DNA of 64,000 bases from Syncephalis fuscata S228 (taxonomy: Eukaryota; Fungi; Zoopagomycota), in the NCBI GenBank assembly GCA_025786725.1, contig JAHLTZ010000046.1, forward strand, positions 1 to 64,000, read 5' to 3'. Every line of letters starts with the position of its first letter. Positions within the stretch are counted from its first letter, which is position 1. The notes under the pieces were generated by a model. The model saw only the letters and a list, made by a program, of their open reading frames with translations. It did not search any database and was not told where the DNA came from. Of the stretch, positions 1 to 11,500 are shown piece after piece. Position numbers and translations under genes: made by a program.

Positions 1-168
1 TGGTGGTGGCAGAACGCTAAATGGTGGTGGCAGAACGGTGGACTGATGGTGGCAGAACGGTGAAATGATGATGGCAGAACGGTGAAATGGTGGTGGCAGA
101 ACGCTAAAATGGTGGTGGCAGAACGGTGGACTGATGGTGGCAGAACGGTGAAATGGTGGTGGCAGAAC
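1..168 (+). repeat. 22-bp minisatellite array R, copy 1 (G-rich on +; runs off the window start)
   Basis: Units are a constant TGGTGGCAGAAC plus a 10-nt variant (GGTGAAATGG, GGTGGACTGA, GGTGGACTGG or GCTAAAATGG). Confidence 0.97.
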
Positions 169-849
169 AGCGGTATTCCACCATCTCACCGTTTTGCCAG
201 TTCACCGTCCTGCCACTACCATTCTGCCATTCCGCCATTCTGCCTTGACAGTCTCTGACTATCGACTATCAGTCTACATTTAAAGCATTTGCCGTTTCTT
301 TGAAGCTACAGGTAAGCATTGTTATGTTTTATTAAATATGTATTATTGTGCGGACAAAGACGGTGTAGCACAAATAGCCATGTACGCTTTTATAATCGGC
401 TGTTTACTATGGTAAGACAACTGGCGCTGCTATGTAATAAATACTTGCTTATTTTTACTTCAAACTACTTACCATTTAATCAACTGTTATTTTTACATAG
501 ATATTTAGGTATGCAGTGTTAGTGTTGCTGTTTGCATTCATGCACTGTGTTTTGTTTTCAAATAATACTAGCTTTTAACAAGATCACAAGCCTTCTTCCT
601 TGCCGTGTTATAATATGGAATAATATAGATTCAAATGAATGGTCAAATAAAGTGTAAAATAATGGCAATAAAGGTATAGTATGCGTATTGCACAAGCAAT
701 CAAGTAAAATATACAAACAATACGGCGAGTAACAAATAAACGAGTTTTATCAATAAGACATGATGAGTATAGTTTAGAATAGAATCAATGGATAAAATAA
801 TAGTGAAGATATACATAGACGATTAAGTAAGTACAATAAATTGAACCTA

Positions 850-1111
850 TAGCAATAAAGCTAGCGGCAATAAAATACCTGCTGTAAATGGGTTGTGCTT
901 ATTATATGATCGATCGATATATGACTTAATAAATACAGAATAGTAATGATATGGGTGGATAGAAGGCATATGCATACTAAATACTAAATCTATAATGACG
1001 AGTATTTTAATGGCTAATGCCATCCACCACACAGTTTCATGCCCAATAGATTGGATGTTGTTAAATTTAGCCATTTATCTTTCAAATCATACTAGATCAT
1101 CAGCAAATTGT
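850..1111 (+). repeat. Copy of dispersed degenerate element E
   Basis: Contains ATATGCATACT..ATA.TAAATCTATAATGAC.AGT.TTTT, then CATG..CAATAG, then TAGCCATTT...CAAATCA...AATTGT. The same motifs occur at 5753, 6122, 19862, 22414 and 22855. Confidence 0.75.
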
Positions 1112-1646
1112 TTAATATTATTATACTAGGCTTAACACAATCAAACCAATCAAACGAACCACTATTGCTATTATTAAAATGACCAGTGTGGGTGTAGCTT
1201 TATAGAATGTAACTATTTTTAGTATACTAGCAGTATAGTACAATTCAAATAATTGAATGGCATAACAAAGCTACTAGACACTATACTAATGTTGATTTAT
1301 AGCATATTTATTTAGTTAAAGGATGCTAAATGTTAAAGCGTTTATAAAAAAGTAGCTGTATTTGCTACTACCTATAATCAGGTTAGGCATGGCATTACAA
1401 TGGGAATCAGCACTATGATATAAGCATCATGTCAAATAGTTGACCTCCATATACACACACATTCAACGATACAAGAAGGCAACAGCAATGGCAATGTCTA
1501 TTAGCGAGTATAAGTACGACAACCACCGCTCGTTATAGTTGCAATGTTGGTGGTAATATTCAACTGACATCAGCGGCGATCAATGTCAATACACGCCAGC
1601 AAGCTGCACATATTAGCTACTGTATTAATAAGCAGTATAGTTAAGC

Positions 1647-1686
1647 AACATACAGCAACATACAGCAGCATACAGCAACATACAGC
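1647..1686 (+). repeat. 10-bp tandem repeat (AGCAACATAC) x4; mirrored at about 12724-12763
   Basis: agcaacatacagcaacatacagcagcatacagcaacatac. Confidence 0.85.
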
Positions 1687-3629
1687 TGTTGAAACGCATG
1701 TTAGTACGCATGCAACACCAGCGATTGATTCTATGCTATAATTACAAAATAAATAGTAGCGTCATTATGGTTGATTGTAATCAAAATACGTGCCGACGGC
1801 CAATATATATTAAATATTGTTAATATTTAATGCTAATATTGCCATTTCTATTTGTGGTGCCTTTTCACGATTTTTCCAACATATGTCAGTTATATGCGCC
1901 AATGCGTCAACGCCATGCGGTTATAGTAGATGCTATTACGTATTTCTAGCTGTATGATTGATAGAATCAAGAATTGGTAAAGTTAATTAATAAAGGCTAT
2001 AATAGTCCTTTTTTTGTTATTTTGACAATAAAAGCCCACACAAATACTAATTAAAAAATGTATCGATTGCTTAATAGATAGCCAATTGCAACTTGACAGT
2101 ATCAATCCCTGTAGCCATAATTGACCGTTAACAATTGCCGTCGATTTGCTAGTTATGTCGGCCAACCAACAGCGTCGGTGACATGATATAATTAATAAAT
2201 ATATTAATGATTGGTATTGCATATAGCTACAGTATGTGTGTAATAGCACAATAGCACGCAATGGTACACCGTCAGCCACACGTGCTGTGAACGGTATGCT
2301 AATCATGTACATTGGTTGTTTTATTAGCATTGGTGGTGGCGTGTATCAAGTATAACCGGCATCATTGGTAGATCATGTTATGCGGCATTGCCACTGGCAA
2401 CTATACAGATGCTATCAGTCATCCGTAATAGTACTGACAATGTTAATGGCTGTGAATGTGTTATACAGACAATGGCGATTTTGGCTACATACCGTATACA
2501 ATTATGTAGTGGAGTGTATAACAATAACAGCCATTGGTATAGTATTGTCCATTGGTGCGCACACCATACTGTTGCTGGTATACAAAAGCAAATCTTATGC
2601 ATAGTCATCAGTTAGTAACAGTGCATATTATGCTGCCACTTGCTAAACGAGCAGACGTTAACTGTCCATGTTATTTGTAGATATGTTTCAAATTGGCAAG
2701 TACCAACACTAGGTTTACTACTTGTGTCGCCAATTACCCAGTAACAACTGGCATGACAATTCTCAATAGCCAGCATTAGTATACATGTTTATATTGACGA
2801 TCGGTAATCTTCAACAGTAATTTCAATTGTGGCATTTATTAAACACAGCTCACTACTGTCGTTGGCAATACAAATAGCAACTATTTTGCCAATTCCTAGT
2901 TGTTGCACTGCAATACATAGCATTGGTTTACAATGGTAGTAAGCTGTATAAATAGCGCTCACTAACTGTTAGTATCGGTAGCTATATCATGCCAATGATG
3001 CACGCAGTATATTCAACACTAACTGTCGACCAGTAACCAGCAATACACAATAACAGATAGCACTAATGTAGCCATATGATTAACTGATACCCATGTTACA
3101 TGTCTATTAACCTATAGCCGGCTATGGAAATAATCAAATATCCATACTTTATCGGTGTTGACGCGCGATTACTAGCATATTGCTTAACAGAATATTGCTA
3201 TACTATTATATTGGCTATTGTTAATCAGTTGATACAGCTAATCAGCAGGTATCCGTAAATACTATGCAACCAGCTAGTCGGTAAACAACATGGATTAATA
3301 GCGTTTGGCCAGCTATATATATATATTGAAAACATGCATGGTGCTTAGTTGTCCATTTGCTAATAGCGTTTGCTATTAATTTCTACTATTTAGATAGATA
3401 TTAACAATACGATCTTGTCAATAGAATAATGCTAATTTCTATAGTAATCATGAGCAATATTACAATGTTGCCATTGCCAGCTAACTAATACAGCTGGCTA
3501 TACGTTGATGGCAACAGTAATTTAATGTTTTCATGTTCACTACTGACCATTGACGGCTGCTTGATTGTTTATTAATGCTTATATATATATTATACAATTA
3601 TCCATGTTAGTAATGTAGCTGTTTATATG

Positions 3630-4620
3630 TTATAATTGATACATATTCATTATATAGCGCTCTGTAATAACGTTCATTGGCACTATTCCAGCGTCAAAAC
3701 TATTAACTTTGTCATAACATCGTTGGAAACTTTAAATAGCTGTATTAGCTCAATATCGATCTGTACCAAAATAGTTGCCATGTACATGCACAATAGTCTT
3801 TTTGTAATGCTCTATAGTCTGCAATACATTAATCGAATGATCTATGTCAAAGTATCACTATCATATCTATATGCTAAATATACTCATACATGTTTTGGTT
3901 ATTGCCAAGGTATGGCCAATTTCACTGTCGACTCGTTTATTGCACCGTTTAATCAATTTACCCATCACATCGGCTTTAATACTAAGAAGCCGTCCCAATC
4001 TTGTTGCCTTCTTTTGAATATGCTTAATTCAACGGAACATTTTACTTTGTTCTGTTTACTTACAAATCAACAACAGCTCATCAATACTACCAATTCCCAG
4101 TTGTAGACTGCCAATAAGCAGTGCAAATCCATCAGATATATCGTCGAAATTACATAATCGATTACGCCAGGTAGAACAACAACATAAGCGATCAGCTACT
4201 GAATACAACGTAATATGCTGTGTGCATGTGACGCTAATCGATGATGAAATAAAATGATACCTTTACGCATCAATGCCACAAATACTGACATTGGTTCTAA
4301 ATAATTAGCACTCTGTGTATTAGTATAGAATGAACGGAAACAGAATAGATCATAGCTACAAGGTAGCTAGCATTTCTTACGTGTATCCTCGAGCTTAATA
4401 GCATCAGTCGTCAATGGATGTATACGGAATATCTAGTATTCAATGTACTTTAATTCTGATTAATTGTCTATTCTATATCATTCATTAACAAATGCACGTA
4501 TTTCTGAATCAGTGGATGTTACTGCATCCACTTGGAACAAAGCTTTGCGCAATAGATTGGCTGTCTAGTGTATATCCATTAATATTATGGCTTCATTTTT
4601 CGCAGAAGCAATGCAGCTTT
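3630..4620 (-). pseudogene. Decayed CorA-family Mg2+ transporter (ALR1/MNR2-like), arm A copy
   Basis: Mirror of the 9790-10780 copy, with the same in-frame stops. Confidence 0.85.
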
Positions 4621-5399
4621 TCAATAATGCTGTCGCCGCATATTTGAACTAATATCAACCGACATTGCTGAAGCAAAGCTGTTACACCGGTCAGCTGTAC
4701 TTAATAGCGCTAATCAAATTCAACATCCTCCAGTCATAAATCCAATTTTCAGCGCTTGTATACAAATTTAATTGAGCAGTGCCGCGTATTGTATAGAAGT
4801 GGTCGCTGATCTAGCCGTTATTGGCATATTACGCCATAAATAAGCTGACAGTCTAAATTAACCACCAACAAAAGCTGTCGATTGAATAATCCTTGTAACT
4901 TCAAAATAAACAAAACACGGATTTACCAGAATATACATATACAATACAGTTTAATGATTTGTAGCGGCGTGTAGCAATAGCTGACGGCGTAATAAAAATC
5001 TCGACCCAATTAACAAGCGTGCTTATATACCACAAAAGGCTATGTAGCCGCTGCAACAACTGTAGCTTGCTATTTACAAATATTCAACAGCATAGAAGAA
5101 GCCATGCTGAATAGACTGAATGAAAGTAGACATGAACGACAAGCGGCAGATCTTACAACAAATAAAGCTACTAACAAGTGAACCACTGTAACAAACTGCG
5201 CACGTTTATTAGAAAACAAAGCACTACGCAATAAGACGAGTAGACACGCTAAAGTGTATAGACAGGAAAGTAACTGCTGCAGTGTATATGGACCAATGAG
5301 AGATAAAAAGGAATGAGCTGAGCTTTACAACCAATAGACCTAGCGCCAAATAAACAGCAGTTTTGAGTAGCGCATGGCTATCATATGACAGAACGATAC

Positions 5400-6270
5400 A
5401 GAATGAAACGAATATATAAAGTAAAAAGTATGAATAGCAGTGGTATAGCTACTAAGCATATATGCATGAGTGAATGAGCGACATTAGTCGACATTTATAA
5501 ATAATAAAGCTAGAACAGAAATAAACATATTTTTTGGATAGAGCAAGGCTATACGAGTATAGAGTGATGTATAGAATGATAAATGTACGGTAAGAAAGCA
5601 TGTAAAACGACATCAAAGCTATAGTGTATATAGCGCAATGAATGGAGAGAGAAAAGTGTATTGGGACAAACAGATGATAGAATGTACCTAGTATGTTATA
5701 AAATGGTATATAGAGGTGTGGGATATAAAAGAATGGTATACGTGAATAGAGGATATATGCATACTGGATAATGAATCTATAATGATGAGTATTTTGATGA
5801 TAGACGTCACTCACCGCCCATCATCATGTTCAATAGACTGGATGTTATTAAAAATAGTCATTTGACCACCAAGCAAACAACAAATGCGATGATGTGATAT
5901 TAAACAAAACCACCATTGTCCCATGTTCATAGAATAGATGTCTAGTTCAGTTACGCGATTATTATTAAAAAGTCATTTAACACAAATTATAATAAAGCTA
6001 TAGCGCACTGAGTGGACTGAGTGAAGCTGATTGAAATGCATAATAAATATAAAGTGTTCAACCTGTCATTGACTAATAGTAGGATGTAAAGATACAATTT
6101 AATGATATTATTAGATTAAAAATATATGCATACTAAATAATAAATCTATGATGGCGGTATTTTGGACCCTGACGTCAGGTACTTTTAATTTCATGTTCAC
6201 TAGAACGTGTGTGTAGGTCAGTTGCGCGAATACTATTAAATGTAGTCATCTAACACTAAATTGCAATTAT
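5400..6270 (+). repeat. Long copy of element E with internal sub-repeats, spanning the arm A / loop 1 boundary
   Basis: Clearly similar but diverged relative to 22100-22935, for example AATAAAGCTATA.CGCACTGAG.GGACTGAGTGAAGCTGATTGAAATGC at 5991 and about 22724. Confidence 0.85.
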
Positions 6271-8512
6271 CATTTAATTAAAAAACATTTTTTTTATAAA
6301 CATTCAAATTATTCTGCCCACTTAACCGGCTTAGAAGTCAAAGAACACCAACTGTAAATATGCTGTACCCTTTATTATGTTTTGAGGTTTTAAAGCTGTC
6401 TTTATCTTCAATTAATCTCTAAAAATTTAAAGTAATTATGGTTTTATAAGCTTAATATTTGCTAATTCGACGCATTTATAAAGTCGAATTTTAAACAAAA
6501 GCAATGCCATTTGCTAGTGCATAAACTATATTTTTGGAATAAAACTAGTATTTTTGTGAATAAAGAACTAATCAAACAGTTATTCTCTAAACATCATGAC
6601 CGCGAATAAATCACGTTGTCCAACGTGTGGAAAGGGTTTTCCGTCGTTAGCCAGCCGTAGGAAGCACGACTTTGAAGAACACAAGGCACAAATAAACGTA
6701 TGGAAAGGTGAAGGTAAGTAATGTAGCTACGACTGAATAAATCAATCCACTTAACGATCTTCTACGACAGAACTACTTTTTGTTTGTACTAAACAGATGG
6801 GCGTTTTGGATGTCCGTTTAAAAATTGCACTGGCAGTTGCGCTACAACGGAAGGATTCAAAAAGCATCTAAAAAAGCACGAAGCTTATATTACTTATTTC
6901 GAGATGGAAAACAAGGAAGCTCAAGTCGGAGCAAAACGACTTTATCAAGATGATAAAAAAGCGACAAGCTTTAAAAACAGTGATGACGACGTATCACTGT
7001 TCACCAAAAAAAAGCAGAAGATTGGAAAGGAGCTATATTCTACTCCTACTCCTACTCATAGCACACCACTGGCGGATGCATCGCTTTCCTACGATGATGC
7101 AATTCTTAGTGCATTCAACGCGCTTCAAGCGTCGCCAAAATGCCAACAGAAGGCAAAACTAGTTGCAAAATCTAGCAAGTTACATCCTCTGTCGCTCACA
7201 ACTGGAGATGGGCGTTCAACGTTTCACGTGCTGGCTGTCTCTGAAGCAATCTCACGGATTCTCTTTGCTCAGCCAAAAGGGGAAATTATTGCACCACTGA
7301 TTACACCCTCAGCAGCAGACAATGCCTGCCTTAATAGTAGCAAGACAGCTGACAACCGTTTACGTCATTGCTTGCAACATGGGCTGTTTGGTGAAAAACT
7401 GAAACAATGTGACATCATTGAAATGAACGATGAAATCGCCGAGCTATTACAAAGAGACTGGCATATTTGGCCACAAATGCGCTACGTATCAGCGCAATTA
7501 TTCAGCAATGCTATACTTGTTGAAGATAAGCAAATTCTACTGATCAACTGCGTGGAGGCGTACGGCCGCAGATGTACCATCGATGTACATCATGAGACAG
7601 CGTGGCGTTCACCATCTGTGCCAGATGATGACGACCTTCGCTATAATGGAATTAAAGTTGTGGTGGACACATACAACAACTCAAAAAGACTGTTAATAGG
7701 AACGCATTCTTCAAATCTTCTTGTGACGTCGAGTGTCCTATTAAGAAATAATCAACAGATTATCCAGCTCGGCCCAGTACAAAGGACATTAGTCTAAAAG
7801 ATCCACGGGTTTATTTGGACTCTAAAAGCATTGAAAAATCAATATGCCTTTTCAATAAGGGCAATAAATGTTGTCACATTGATTATCTTGATTCATGTCA
7901 CAGTTACGCCAGGTTCGGTCGAAGTTCCATTGTCCTTCGACATACACACTTTGCCGCTCAAGCTCAGCGGCAACCAATTCTGTCACTCGCCGCCCTTTTA
8001 CCATTTGGACATTGGCGGACTATGAAATTTCTCGATTAACACAAGCAAAAATCGGATCGCAGTTGTTCCAAACAATTGCAACTGCTGTAATCAATAATGG
8101 CGAAAGGCCAAGCTTCAAATGTCAGATGTGCAAAACATTGCAAACCAATGCAAAGAAGATAAAGTCTTGGTGTTCATAAAGCTTATTCTTAAACAGTTCG
8201 ACGGCCAAGATCATATTCTAATTATCGGCAACAAGATATTGGACACACATCTGCAAGGCTTAGCAAACATTGTTACAGGAAGTTTAAGCGATGCAAACAA
8301 GGCGGTAAAGAAAGAACTGTCTAAAATATTTCAAAAATAATTAATGCAATGCTATCTTATTCAGCTGTCTTGTTTGTATTAAAGCTATCGCATTAACATT
8401 AAACGACTTATTGACCATTTATTATAATTTGTGTTAAATGATTTTTTAATAATATTGCGTAATTGGACTACACATCTATTCTACTAAAGATAGGGACAAA
8501 TGGTGAGTTTTA
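5905..8512. other. Loop 1: unique 2.6-kb spacer of palindrome 1
   Basis: Lies between the near-identical arms. Its core is single-copy in the window. Confidence 0.93.
6596..8340 (+). CDS. Spliced gene for a ~550-aa protein with two N-terminal C2H2 zinc fingers and an unrecognised C-terminal domain (3 apparent single-base deletions)
   Basis: Exon 1 (6596-6713) reads MTANKSRCPTCGKGFPSLASRRKHDFEEH. A GTAAGT intron from 6714 to AG 6796 (or AG 6770 plus one indel) joins in frame to CPFKNCTGSCATTEGFKKHLKKH (6811-6879) and ORF 6904..7797. ORFs 7815, 7895 and 8119 overlap in successive -1 frames up to the stop at 8340. Basic NLS-like stretch KRLYQDDKK...KKKQK. Confidence 0.8.
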
Positions 8513-11500
8513 TTTAATATCACATCATCGCATTTGTTGTTTGCTTGGTGGTCAAATGACTATTTTTAATAACATCCAGTCTATTGAACATGATGATGGG
8601 CGGTGAGTGACGTCTATCATCAAAATACTCATCATTATAGATTCATTATCCAGTATGCATATATCCTCTATTCACGTATACCATTCTTTTATATCCCACA
8701 CCTCTATATACCATTTTATAACATACTAGGTACATTCTATCATCTGTTTGTCCCAATACACTTTTCTCTCTCCATTCATTGCGCTATATACACTATAGCT
8801 TTGATGTCGTTTTACATGCTTTCTTACCGTACATTTATCATTCTATACATCACTCTATACTCGTATAGCCTTGCTCTATCCAAAATATGTTTATTTCTGT
8901 TCTAGCTTTATTATTTATAAATGTCGACTAATGTCGCTCATTCACTCATGCATATATGCTTAGTAGCTATACCACTGCTATTCATACTTTATATATTCGT
9001 TTCATTCTGTATCGTTCTGTCATATGATAGCCATGCGCTACTCAAAACTGCTGTTTATTTGGCGCTAGGTCTATTGGTTGTAAAGCTCAGCTCATTCCTT
9101 TCTTATCTCTCATTGGTCCATATACACTGCAGCAGTTACTTTCCTGTCTATACACTTTAGCGTGTCTACTCGTCTTATTGCGTAGTGCTTTGTTTTCTAA
9201 TAAACGTGCGCAGTTTGTTACAGTGGTTCACTTGTTAGTAGCTTTATTTGTTGTAAGATCTGCCGCTTGTCGTTCATGTCTACTTTCATTCAGTCTATTC
9301 AGCATGGCCTTCTTCTATGCTGTTGAATATTTGTAAATAGCAAGCTACAGTTGTTGCAGCGGCTACATAGCCTTTTGTGGTATATAAGCACGCTTGTTAA
9401 TTGGGTCGAGATTTTTATTACGCCGTCAGCTATTGCTACACGCCGCTACAAATCATTAAACTGTATTGTATATGTATATTCTGGTAAATCCGTGTTTTGT
9501 TTATTTTGAAGTTACAAGGATTATTCAATCGACAGCTTTTGTTGGTGGTTAATTTAGACTGTCAGCTTATTTATGGCGTAATATGCCAATAACGGCTAGA
9601 TCAGCGACCACTTCTATACAATACGCGGCACTGCTCAATTAAATTTGTATACAAGCGCTGAAAATTGGATTTATGACTGGAGGATGTTGAATTTGATTTA
9701 GCGCTATTAAGTACAGCTGACCGGTGTAACAGCTTTGCTTCAGCAATGTCGGTTGATATTAGTTCAAATATGCGGCGACAGCATTATTGAAAAGCTGCAT
9801 TGCTTCTGCGAAAAATGAAGCCATAATATTAATGGATATACACTAGACAGCCAATCTATTGCGCAAAGCTTTGTTCCAAGTGGATGCATAACATCCACTG
9901 ATTCAGAAATACGTGCATTTGTTAATGAATGATATAGAATAGACAATTAATCAGAATTAAAGTACATTGAATACTAGATATTCCGTATACATCCATTGAC
10001 GACTGATGCTATTAAGCTCGAGGATACACGTAAGAAATGCTAGCTACCTTGTAGCTATGATCTATTCTGTTTCCGTTCATTCTATACTAATACACAGAGT
10101 GCTAATTATTTAGAACCAATGTCAGTATTTGTGGCATTGATGCGTAAAGGTATCATTTTATTTCATCATCGATTAGCGTCACATGCACACAGCATATTAC
10201 GTTGTATTCAGTAGCTGATCGCTTATGTTGTTGTTCTACCTGGCGTAATCGATTATGTAATTTCGACAATATATCTGATGGATTTGCACTGCTTATTGGC
10301 AGTCTACAACTGGGAATTGGTAGTATTGATGAGCTGTTGTTGATTTGTAAGTAAACAGAACAAAGTAAAATGTTCCGTTGAATTAAGCATATTCAAAAGA
10401 AGGCAACAAGATTGGGACGGCTTCTTAGTATTAAAGCCGATGTGATGGGTAAATTGATTAAACGGTGCAATAAACGAGTCGACAGTGAAATTGGCCATAC
10501 CTTGGCAATAACCAAAACATGTATGAGTATATTTAGCATATAGATATGATAGTGATACTTTGACATAGATCATTCGATTAATGTATTGCAGACTATAGAG
10601 CATTACAAAAAGACTATTGTGCATGTACATGGCAACTATTTTGGTACAGATCGATATTGAGCTAATACAGCTATTTAAAGTTTCCAACGATGTTATGACA
10701 AAGTTAATAGTTTTGACGCTGGAATAGTGCCAATGAACGTTATTACAGAGCGCTATATAATGAATATGTGTCGATTATAATATATAAACAGCTACATTAC
10801 TAACACGGATAATTGTATAATATATATATAAGCATTAATAAACAATCAAGCAGCCGTCAATGGTCAGTAGTGAACATGAAAACATTAAATTACTGTTGCC
10901 ATCAACGTATAGCCAGCTGTATTAGTTAGCTGGCAATGGCAACATTGTAATATTGCTCATGATTACTATAGAAATTAGCATTATTCTATTGACAAGATCG
11001 TATTGTTAATATCTATCTAAATAGTAGAAATTAATAGCAAACGCTATTAGCAAATGGACAACTAAGCACCATGCATGTTTTCAATATATATATATAGCTG
11101 GCCAAACGCTATTAATCCATGTTGTTTACCGACTAGCTGGTTGCATAGTATTTACGGATACCTGCTGATTAGCTGTATCAACTGATTAACAATAGCCAAT
11201 ATAATAGTATAGCAATATTCTGTTAAGCAATATGCTAGTAATCGCGCGTCAACACCGATAAAGTATGGATATTTGATTATTTCCATAGCCGGCTATAGGT
11301 TAATAGACATGTAACATGGGTATCAGTTAATCATATGGCTACATTAGTGCTATCTGTTATTGTGTATTGCTGGTTACTGGTCGACAGTTAGTGTTGAATA
11401 TACTGCGTGCATCATTGGCATGATATAGCTACCGATACTAACAGTTAGTGAGCGCTATTTATACAGCTTACTACCATTGTAAACCAATGCTATGTATTGC

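Larger units (their letters stand above)
169..5904 (+). repeat. Arm A: left arm of giant palindrome 1
   Basis: Reverse complement of 8513-14241. Position p pairs with about 14410-p, for example ORF 319..522(+) with 13888..14091(-). Near-identity stops at 5904/8513. Confidence 0.97.

Noticed and set aside
1-168. Telomere at the window start
   Set aside because: The G-rich strand runs inward, opposite to a left telomere, and the same array occurs internally with fixed flanks on both sides.
319-5814. Short 60-156 aa ORFs in the arms and their mirror copies
   Set aside because: They have low-complexity AT-rich composition with no motifs and recur only because of the palindromes. ORF 3636..4106 is the antisense shadow of the CorA pseudogene.
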